Shown: positions 7,890 through 14,839 of the stretch, one piece after another
Position numbering within the stretch: position 1 is the stretch's first letter
Layout: the number at the start of each line of letters is the position of its first letter
Source: Nitrospinales bacterium
GTDB lineage: Bacteria; Nitrospinota; Nitrospinia; Nitrospinales; JAJDAT01
DNA length: 20,475 bases
Direction of reading: 5' to 3'
Assembly (NCBI GenBank): GCA_046757665.1
Contig: JBHHYO010000050.1
Span: forward strand, 1 to 20,475
Program-made: the position numbers and the translations under genes
Notes under the pieces: model-generated
What the model saw: only the letters and a program-made list of their open reading frames with translations
Database searches by the model: none
Told to the model about the DNA's origin: nothing

Positions 7890-8540
7890 CTATTTGATGA
7901 TGAATTGGGTAAAAAACACATCTTCAACAATGCCGGTTCCGCTCGCGAGAAAGTTATTCGCCAGCCTGGGGATTTTCTCTTTCAACTGCCTTTCCAGCCG
8001 GATTTTATTTTCGGTGTAGTCTTTTACCGTTTTTCTTTTCAGGATGCTATAAATTTTCTGCCGAATCGGGCCGATATTTTTTTCAATATTCTTTTTCATT
8101 ACCCGGTTGCTCAACAGGAAGTTGATCTTCAAATTGACAAACCGCACCGCTTGTTGCGGCCCCATGTTCACGGGCAGGAAGAAAGGTTCCAGTACGTAGA
8201 TATCCGTCGTCAGGACCGGCGCGCCACCCTTCTCCGGCTTTTCGAGGGGTTGCGTCGCGGCTTTCTCGACTTGCTTGACGGTTTCCTTTTGCGGCTTTGG
8301 ACCGCCGAGCAGAAAATAGGCCAGCCCCCCGCCCGCGAGTATCAGAAAAACCAGGGCGGCGACAATGATTATGGACTTTTTGTCCCCGGAAACCAGACCC
8401 TTAAGGAGAAAAAAAGTTTTGCCGGGCAGGCCTGCCTCCGCCCGCGCTTCCTCTTCTTCCGCCTCGCCGAGCATCCTTTGAAGTTCGGCGGACTCCTCGG
8501 CGGCCAGGGCATCGAGGTCCTCTTTTTCTTCTACGGCCAT
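7890..8540 (-). CDS. fliL: Flagellar basal body-associated FliL family protein
   Basis: KK + TM + GGGLAYFLLG, then LEPFFLPVN, IRQKIYSIL and VEDVFFTQFII, typical of FliL. ATG8540 has GGAG 7 nt upstream. Confidence 0.8.
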   Translation of the reverse strand: MAVEEKEDLDALAAEESAELQRMLGEAEEEEARAEAGLPGKTFFLLKGLVSGDKKSIIIVAALVFLILAGGGLAYFLLGGPKPQKETVKQVEKAATQPLEKPEKGGAPVLTTDIYVLEPFFLPVNMGPQQAVRFVNLKINFLLSNRVMKKNIEKNIGPIRQKIYSILKRKTVKDYTENKIRLERQLKEKIPRLANNFLASGTGIVEDVFFTQFIIK

Positions 8541-8600
8541 GATCAACTCCCGGACATGAACACGCGCCTAATCGAAAGCGGAATGTTCTGTCAGGTCACA

Positions 8601-9206
8601 TCAAACAAAATTTTTAAGTTCATGGAAAACCGACTCAACCTGGGTTTCAAGGTCCTCCAGGGAGCCGTCATTATGAATCACGTAATCCGCAAGTTTGATT
8701 TTGTCCTCGACTTTCATTTGGCGGCTGAGCCGTTTTTCGATATCTTCCCGGCTCCAGGAGCCTCGCGCCAGCAACCGGCGGATTTGTTCGTCCTTGGCGC
8801 AACTCATCACCACCACTTTGTCCATCTTCTTGTAGTTGCCGGATTCGATCAAAAGAGCCGCGTCGATGATGACAAGCGCGTCCGGTTGCCGATGGCGGAT
8901 GTTGTCGTAAAACTTTTCTTCCTCCCTGAACACTCTGGGATGGAGGATGTTTTCCAGGGCGGCTTTTTTGTCGGGCTCGGCAAAAACGATTTTTGCCAGT
9001 TCCGCCCGGTTCAACGTGTCGTCCGCCAGCAGTATTTTGTTTCCGAAGCGCTCGACAATTTCCCGCCACGCCGGTTCTCCCGGTTTGACAAGCGCCCGGC
9101 AAACGGCGTCCGCATCCAGGATATGGGCTCCCAATTTCCGGAACAGGTTTGCCGCCCGGGTTTTTCCCGAGCCCATGCTTCCGGTTAACCCCACCAGCAA
9201 GGACAC
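8601..9206 (-). CDS. coaE: Dephospho-CoA kinase
   Basis: VGLTGSMGSGKT P-loop, DAD, LNRAELAKIVF, ILHPRV, AALLIE and ADYVIHNDG. Confidence 0.95.
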   Translation of the reverse strand: MSLLVGLTGSMGSGKTRAANLFRKLGAHILDADAVCRALVKPGEPAWREIVERFGNKILLADDTLNRAELAKIVFAEPDKKAALENILHPRVFREEEKFYDNIRHRQPDALVIIDAALLIESGNYKKMDKVVVMSCAKDEQIRRLLARGSWSREDIEKRLSRQMKVEDKIKLADYVIHNDGSLEDLETQVESVFHELKNFV

Positions 9207-9239
9207 CGCTTCATTCTCCCTTATCGGTTTTAGCGAAAA

Positions 9240-10100
9240 TTAGTTGACTCCTTTTTCCAGCGCGGACTCATAAAGCCGCATCAGTCTGCGGGTAATGGGG
9301 CCGGGTTTGCCGTCGCCGACGGCCTTTCCGTTCAAGCGGGTAACGGGCATTACCTTCCTCAACGTGCCGGAAACGAATGCCTCCTCGGCCGTTTCCAGCT
9401 CTTCCGGAAGCCAATGGCCCTCCTCCACCAGAATACCGCTTTCCCGCGCCAGTTGCATGAGAATCTCGCGGGTAATGCCGGACAGAATGCCGCAATCGGG
9501 CGAGGCGGTCTTGACGCGGTCCTCGCGGACGAAAAAGAAGTTGCTCGTGGTGCACTCCGTCAGGAATCCGGAGTTGTTCAGCATCAAGGCGTCCTTGGCG
9601 TTCAGCTTGTTGGCCTCGATTTTGGCCAGAACATTGTTGAGGTAATTCCCGGTTTTGATAGCCGGATTCAACGCCTCCGCCAAGTTCCTCTTGATCCTCA
9701 CCACGGCGACGTGGATGCCGCTCCGGTAATCCTCCGGAGGATAAATCCGGGCAGGCACGACAAAAATCAGGACGTTGGGCGTCCCGCAGGAAGTGGGGTC
9801 AATATCGATTTCTCCCTCGCCCCGGGTGACGACAATCCGGATTGAGGATTCCGTGTTGTTCGCGGCTTTCAGGGTGCGCCGGATTTCCTGTTCGAAGCGT
9901 TCGTCGCTCCAGGGAATGGCCAATGAAATCTCCGCCGCGGATTTTCGCAATCGTTGCAGATGCCGCTTCATGAAACACGGCCTGTCGTTGCGCGTACAAA
10001 TCACCTCATAAACGCTGTCTCCAAACAGGAATCCGTGATCGAACACGGAAATCGACAGGGTGTCGCGGATATCTCCGTTAAAATTTATTCTTGTTGTCAT
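9240..10100 (-). CDS. PLP-dependent class IV aminotransferase (IlvE / D-amino-acid aminotransferase / ADC lyase family)
   Basis: FDHGFLFGDSVYE, HLQRLRKSA, KTGNY (PLP lysine), ECTTSNFF, ILSGITR and G.GKPGPITRRL. Start placed at ATG10100. Confidence 0.9.
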   Translation of the reverse strand: MTTRINFNGDIRDTLSISVFDHGFLFGDSVYEVICTRNDRPCFMKRHLQRLRKSAAEISLAIPWSDERFEQEIRRTLKAANNTESSIRIVVTRGEGEIDIDPTSCGTPNVLIFVVPARIYPPEDYRSGIHVAVVRIKRNLAEALNPAIKTGNYLNNVLAKIEANKLNAKDALMLNNSGFLTECTTSNFFFVREDRVKTASPDCGILSGITREILMQLARESGILVEEGHWLPEELETAEEAFVSGTLRKVMPVTRLNGKAVGDGKPGPITRRLMRLYESALEKGVN

Positions 10101-10146
10101 TGGGTTCGGCAAAAACCGGCCACAGCGCGGCCTATGGGGAAAGGGT

Positions 10147-10608
10147 CTATCCGCCCTTGTTTTTCAGGATGTCCTTGAGTTCGGACATGAATTCGTTGAC
10201 ATCCTTGAAGGAGCGGTAAACACTGGCAAAACGGACATAAGCGACGTCGTCCAGATGATAGAGTTCCATGACGACTTTTTCGCCGATATTGACGGCGGAG
10301 ACTTCTTTTTCCCCGGATTCCTGCAATTGTTTTTCCACCTTGGCGACGAGTTCTTCTATCTGCTCCATGCCGATGGGGCGTTTTTGGCAGGCCTTCTGCA
10401 CCCCGTCCAGAATCTTGTTGCGGTCAAAGGTTTCCCTTCGCCCGTCTTTCTTGATGACAAAAGGCATGAGTTGTTCGATGCGCTCATAAGTGGTGAACCG
10501 GTCATGGCATTGCAGGCACTCCCTGCGCCGGCGTATCAGGTCGCCTTCCCGGTTCATGCGGGAATCCACCACTTTATTTTCCATATTGGAGCAACGGGGG
10601 CATTTCAT
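10147..10608 (-). CDS. nrdR: Transcriptional repressor NrdR
   Basis: MKCPRC...VVDSR...[16 protein letters not shown] zinc ribbon, ATP cone [13 protein letters not shown] and [10 protein letters not shown]. Confidence 0.97.
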   Translation of the reverse strand: MKCPRCSNMENKVVDSRMNREGDLIRRRRECLQCHDRFTTYERIEQLMPFVIKKDGRRETFDRNKILDGVQKACQKRPIGMEQIEELVAKVEKQLQESGEKEVSAVNIGEKVVMELYHLDDVAYVRFASVYRSFKDVNEFMSELKDILKNKGG

Positions 10609-11867
10609 GGAACGTCAGGTTTTCCGGTCGGGGTGGCGGTGAGGGGAAATTGTTCGGAAAATTCCCGCACCTTGAGGCGGGTTTTTTCGTGGAAAGAACC
10701 GTCGGCCAGGCGTTCGAGGGTTTGCACGATCAGGTCGCCAATGAAACGCATTTCCGGTTCCTTCATGCCGCGCGTGGTCAGGGCCGCCGTGCCGATGCGG
10801 ATTCCGGAGGTCACGAAGGGACTGCGGGTTTCAAAAGGCACGGTGTTTTTGTTGACGGTGATGCCGGCCCGCTCGAGCACTTCCTCGGCGGCCTTGCCCG
10901 TGATGTCCTGGGGCCGCAGGTCAACCAGCATGAGATGGGTGTCCGTACCGCCGCTGACCAGCTTGAATCCGTTTGCTTTTAAATGATTGGCCAGGGTTTG
11001 GGCATTGGCGACAATTTGTTTTTGATAGGCGACAAACTCCCCGCTCAGTGCCTCCTTGAACGCCACGGCCTTGGCGGCGATGACGTGCATCAGGGGACCG
11101 CCCTGGATGCCGGGGAATATTTTGCTGTTCACCTTTTTAGCGAACTCCGCCCTGCAGAGGATCATGCCGCCGCGCGGACCGCGCAGGGTCTTGTGCGTGG
11201 TGGTGGTGACAAACTCCGAATGGGGCACGGGCGAGGGATAAATCCCGGCGGCAACCAACCCCGCGGGATGGGCGATATCGGTCATGATTTTGGCGCCGAC
11301 TTCATCGGCAATCTGCCGGAACCGTACGGCATCGATCACCCGCGGATAGGCGCTGGCGCCGACCACGATGAGTTTCGGACGGCGTTCTTTGGCCAGCCGC
11401 GCCACTTCATCGTAATCGATCCGTTCCGTGTCCTTGTCGACTCCGTAGGCCACCACCTCGTAGGTGTATCCGGAAAAATTCACCGGACTGCCGTGGGTGA
11501 GGTGCCCGCCGTGCGACAGGTTCATCCCCAAAATGGTATCGCCGGGTTGGCAAACCGCATGATAGACAGCCATGTTGGCCTGAGACCCCGAATGCGGCTG
11601 GACGTTGACGTGCTCGGCGTCAAACAGTTTTTTGGCCCGCTCAATCGCCAGCGTTTCCGCGATGTCCACGAACCGGCAACCGCCATAATAACGCTTGCCC
11701 GGATACCCCTCGGCATATTTGTTGGTCATCACCGAACCCAGGGCTTCCAGCACCTGGCCGCTGACGAAATTTTCGGAGGCAATCATTTCCAGGGTAAAGG
11801 TTTCCCGCTCGATTTCGCCCTGGATCGCGTCGGCGATTTCCGAATCGAAGTCTGAAAGTAAGGACAA
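10605..11867 (-). CDS. glyA: Serine hydroxymethyltransferase
   Basis: [56 protein letters not shown] and SGIRIGT. Confidence 0.98.
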   Translation of the reverse strand: MSLLSDFDSEIADAIQGEIERETFTLEMIASENFVSGQVLEALGSVMTNKYAEGYPGKRYYGGCRFVDIAETLAIERAKKLFDAEHVNVQPHSGSQANMAVYHAVCQPGDTILGMNLSHGGHLTHGSPVNFSGYTYEVVAYGVDKDTERIDYDEVARLAKERRPKLIVVGASAYPRVIDAVRFRQIADEVGAKIMTDIAHPAGLVAAGIYPSPVPHSEFVTTTTHKTLRGPRGGMILCRAEFAKKVNSKIFPGIQGGPLMHVIAAKAVAFKEALSGEFVAYQKQIVANAQTLANHLKANGFKLVSGGTDTHLMLVDLRPQDITGKAAEEVLERAGITVNKNTVPFETRSPFVTSGIRIGTAALTTRGMKEPEMRFIGDLIVQTLERLADGSFHEKTRLKVREFSEQFPLTATPTGKPDVP

Positions 11868-11868
11868 A

Positions 11869-12330
11869 TTACATCTCTCCTTTTTGAATCATTTTGTCGA
11901 TGGAGGCGATTTTGTCCAACCGCCTCTGATGTCTGCCGCCCTCGAAGGAGGTGTGCAACCAGATGTTGACGATCTCGTTGGCTAACCCTATGCCAACGAC
12001 GCGGCCCCCGAGAATCAGGACATTTGAATCGTTGTGTTCCCGGCACAGCTTGGCGGTATACACATCGCCGCAAAGGGTCCCGCGAATGCCGGGGAACCGG
12101 TTGACCACGATGGACATGCCGACTCCCGTTCCGCAGATGATAATGCCGCGCTCAAACTCCTTTTGCAGTACCGCCTGGGCCACTTTGATTCCATAATCCG
12201 GATAATCCACGGAATCGGTATTTTGCGGACCGAGGTCCTTGGCCTTGATTCCCTCGGTCTGCAAATATTCGAGGACACTTTTTTTCAGCTCGAATCCAGC
12301 ATGATCCGAAGCGATGACTAATTCATCCAT
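11869..12330 (-). CDS. rpiB: Ribose-5-phosphate isomerase B
   Basis: [36 protein letters not shown] and [13 protein letters not shown]. Confidence 0.96.
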   Translation of the reverse strand: MDELVIASDHAGFELKKSVLEYLQTEGIKAKDLGPQNTDSVDYPDYGIKVAQAVLQKEFERGIIICGTGVGMSIVVNRFPGIRGTLCGDVYTAKLCREHNDSNVLILGGRVVGIGLANEIVNIWLHTSFEGGRHQRRLDKIASIDKMIQKGEM

Positions 12331-12381
12331 CGTGTGTCGATAATCCAGAGTGGAACGTCGAAAATGACTTGAAGCCGGTCT

Positions 12382-12552
12382 TTTTCAACAAAGATTGCCG
12401 AAATTTGTGAAGGGATTTCGTTCGTTGAAAAGAAAAATCAGGATCGGAACGACCTGTTACCTTGTTTCTATGACCGGTCGGAAAACAGCAACGATTGTCA
12501 AACCATCCACCGGTTGCCGAAAAAGCCGATTGAACAAAATGTTTCAGCAACC
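12382..12552 (-). other. Two long imperfect hairpins in the predicted rpiB 5' leader
   Basis: Stems 12512-12522/12542-12552 and 12382-12392/12421-12431, the latter with an inner stem 12399-12404/12415-12420. Confidence 0.6.
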
Positions 12553-12563
12553 CACCAATTCGG

Positions 12564-12592
12564 ATAGTAAGAAAATAGCGAAATTTTGTCAA
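12564..12592 (-). promoter_or_regulatory. Sigma70 promoter for the rpiB-glyA-nrdR run
   Basis: Minus strand TTGACA (12592-12587), 17 nt, TACTAT (12569-12564). Confidence 0.7.
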
Positions 12593-12616
12593 CTCAAATA
12601 CCGCCCCGACTATAAA

Positions 12617-12759
12617 GAGACCTTTGCATAAGTATACTTGTTGGATTGTCATTGCGGGAGGCTCAGCCGACGAGCATCCAGAAAGGACCCATTCCCACCG
12701 GGCGTGGCCCGGCTGGATCGCCGCGCCGCTGATCGCGGCTCGCGATGGCGCCGGGGCGG
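12617..12759 (+). repeat. Palindromic MITE-like repeat, copy A (right end degenerate)
   Basis: gagacctttgcataagtat...gtcattgcg...ttcccaccgggcgtggcccggctggatcgcc...gcggctcgcgatg aligns along its length with 14646-14785. Confidence 0.9.
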
Positions 12760-12800
12760 AAACGGGTTGTTTTTGCGCTCCGAAAAACGTCTTTTACGGG

Positions 12801-12829
12801 TTGAAACCCGCGGCGAAAATCTGTAGGAT
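12801..12829 (+). promoter_or_regulatory. Possible sigma70 promoter for the 12873 ORF
   Basis: TTGAAA (12801-12806), 17 nt, TAGGAT (12824-12829). Confidence 0.4.
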
Positions 12830-12872
12830 AAAGATGCTAACAACTTAAGATTTCAAAAGATTAGTCGCCACT

Positions 12873-13187
12873 ATGTGGAAAAATGTCTTTATAGAAACCT
12901 GTATTTTGTCGGCGTTGATATTCGGTGGATTTTACCTCAACGCCAGCATCCTGAAAAAAGAGTTGTTCGACGCACATGAAAACCTGTTGCTCGACCAAAA
13001 AACTCAATCCCGCCTGAACCGTCTGCATTTCAGCGGCAACCTGTTTACCTCCGAATCGGCGGGGTTGACGAGTAGCCGCATCAGCGGGGGCGTGTTCGGC
13101 AAGGGCGGCCGCTCTTCCCTGTCGGGAATGACAATCAATCCCGATTCCCCAAAACAATCTCCCACGATCTCCGGCAACAAGGCGTAA
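12873..13187 (+). CDS. Hypothetical membrane-anchored protein (104 aa)
   Basis: ATG start, N-terminal hydrophobic segment, S/G-rich tail; fills the gap ahead of the CPBP gene. Confidence 0.6.
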   Translation: MWKNVFIETCILSALIFGGFYLNASILKKELFDAHENLLLDQKTQSRLNRLHFSGNLFTSESAGLTSSRISGGVFGKGGRSSLSGMTINPDSPKQSPTISGNKA

Positions 13188-13218
13188 ACCCTGGTTATCA
13201 ACGTCGAGAGGGCGGCGC

Positions 13219-13899
13219 TTGGTCCTGAAAAAGGTAGAATTGACGGGGACCTGGGGGTTGAAACTCCCGTTTGCCCTGCTATCCGTTTATTTGTTTTTCC
13301 TTTATCCGGCGGCCCGGATATTCCTGCCCCCCCAGGTTTCCGAATACTGCTACGACATCTTTTTGGCGGCGGTTCTTTTCTATCTGTTGTGGGTCAGGAA
13401 GATTTCCCCGGCGGACCTGGGCATCAAATTTCGCCACTATCGGCAAAACCTGTTGATCGGCGGGCTGGCCGGCGCGGCGGTTTTGCTCGCCCTGCCCGCC
13501 CTGGACGGATTCGTATCGCTCTCCGGCCTGGAGCAGACGGAATTGCTGGCCGAATCCGCCGTTGTTCCGCATAAGACCGCCGACCCCTTGCCGTGGGTGA
13601 TTTTGATTTTGCTTCGCGCCGTGATGGAGCAAATATTTTTTTCCGGGTTCGTGGTCCAGGCGCTACTAAAAAAATACAATCCGTTTCTGGTCATCTATGC
13701 GGCGGGGGCTCTTTTTGCCTTGCTTCACTTCACGTTCAACCTGGGCACTTTCGCAATCGGATTGATCACCGCTTACGGATATTATTTGACGGGGACTCTT
13801 GTAGCGCCGCTGGCTTTCCAGGTTAGTTGCCGTTTTGCCGGAGTCTTGCTGGAAACCGTTTACCCGCGGCTCATCACTCTGACGGGATTTTTGTTTTAG
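13219..13899 (+). CDS. CPBP/CAAX-protease (Abi) family membrane protein with degenerate catalytic motifs
   Basis: Multiple TM segments, ADLGI, EQIFFSG (EExxFRG position), ALFALLH and YYLTGTLVAPLAFQ (TGSLxxPIxxH position). Confidence 0.8.
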   Translation: MVLKKVELTGTWGLKLPFALLSVYLFFLYPAARIFLPPQVSEYCYDIFLAAVLFYLLWVRKISPADLGIKFRHYRQNLLIGGLAGAAVLLALPALDGFVSLSGLEQTELLAESAVVPHKTADPLPWVILILLRAVMEQIFFSGFVVQALLKKYNPFLVIYAAGALFALLHFTFNLGTFAIGLITAYGYYLTGTLVAPLAFQVSCRFAGVLLETVYPRLITLTGFLF

Positions 13900-13917
13900 G
13901 CCGGCGCGCTTCGGAGG

Positions 13918-14625
13918 TCAAGGGTCTTTCAATTTCGAGCGCAGTAGTTTTTCCAGTTCTTTTTTGCTTTTTTCCGGATGCTCGTCCTGCGGCGGGCCGT
14001 TGGAGGAAATCAGCCCTCCTACTTTATCTTTTATGCCCTGGGGCAAGTTCTGGAACTTTTTCAAGATGCTCAATTTTTCCTTAACATCTTTAACGCTGGA
14101 GGGCAGTTCTTTTTTATCTTCGGACTTCACATCGGCGGGTTTCTTTTCCAGGGCTTCCACGGAAAACATATTTTGCCGCAGTAATGATGAGACCTGTTTC
14201 AAATAAGGCGCCAGGACCGAGCCGCTGGAGACCTTCTTGTCGATATCCGGAAAAAATTCCAGGGGAATCATGACAATCCCCACGATAAACAGGCCCTTCA
14301 GGACTCCCAGGGCTCCTCCCATGACCTTGTCGAACCCGGAAATTCCGCCGGCGGAGTGCATCAGGTTCTGCACCCACTTCCCCATCAGTTTGATCGCAAT
14401 GGAGGTCGTCATGAAAATCAGGCCAAAGCTGATTATTCCGGCCAGCAGTTTGTTGGCCACAAAGCCGCTCACGTGCACCGCAAGGGTTTCATGGAATTTG
14501 AGCGCCAGAAAGTAACCGAAGGCATAGGCCATGAGAGAAAATATCTCGCGGACCATCCCCTTGAAAAAGGAGTAAATCAGGCTTGCTCCCAGCAGGAGAA
14601 GAACGACGGTGTCAAATGTGGACAT
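13918..14625 (-). CDS. cvpA: CvpA (colicin V production) family protein with a charged C-terminal extension
   Basis: FDTVVLLLL...KGMVREIFSL, GFDKVMGGALGVLKG and SVLAPY. Start placed at ATG14625 (AGGGG upstream) because the longer ORF start lies inside the repeat. Confidence 0.88.
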   Translation of the reverse strand: MSTFDTVVLLLLGASLIYSFFKGMVREIFSLMAYAFGYFLALKFHETLAVHVSGFVANKLLAGIISFGLIFMTTSIAIKLMGKWVQNLMHSAGGISGFDKVMGGALGVLKGLFIVGIVMIPLEFFPDIDKKVSSGSVLAPYLKQVSSLLRQNMFSVEALEKKPADVKSEDKKELPSSVKDVKEKLSILKKFQNLPQGIKDKVGGLISSNGPPQDEHPEKSKKELEKLLRSKLKDP

Positions 14626-14645
14626 GAACGGAATCCCCTGAAACC

Positions 14646-14814
14646 GAAACCTTTGCAGAAGTATCCTTATTTGACTGTCATTGCGAGGAGGCAAGCCGAC
14701 GAAGCAATCCAGAAAGTTCCCACCGGGCGTGGCCCGGCTGGATCGCCACGCCGCTGGTAGCGGCTCGCGATGACACCGAGGGCGGCGAAGAATCTCGGAT
14801 TATGCAAAAGCCTC
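14646..14814 (+). mobile_element. Palindromic MITE-like element, copy B (169 bp, both terminal inverted repeats)
   Basis: Left end gaaacctttgcagaa and right end ttatgcaaaagcctc. Internal pairings: gtcattgcgag/ctcgcgatgac, gcaatccag/ctggatcgc, ccgggc-gtg-gcccgg and ccgct-ggt-agcgg. Confidence 0.75.
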
Positions 14815-14839
14815 CAATGAAACCTGGCAAAAGTATTCT

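Noticed and set aside
7848-9188. 446-aa plus-strand ORF and other long antisense ORFs (4005..4427, 10060..10986, 10983..11855, 15767..16981, 17841..18716, 47..343)
   Set aside because: They lie antisense to well-supported genes and carry no recognisable motifs; typical shadow ORFs of codon-biased, GC-rich genes.
12496-12501. Second TTGACA on the minus strand in the rpiB leader
   Set aside because: No -10-like hexamer at 16-18 nt spacing.
12331-12560. Known riboswitch (ZTP, glycine, THF) before the glyA-containing operon
   Set aside because: I could not find their consensus motifs by eye, so it is reported only as an unassigned structured leader; an Rfam scan would be decisive.
14626-14694. 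23-aa N-terminal extension of CvpA, and short ORFs at 12624..12848, 12638..12826 and 12649..12843
   Set aside because: They are read from the palindromic repeat; cvpA has a better start at 14625.
12617-14814. Composite transposon formed by the two MITE copies
   Set aside because: No transposase or flanking target duplication, the copies have diverged, and cvpA looks like a core gene co-oriented with the Slt-like gene outside the interval.
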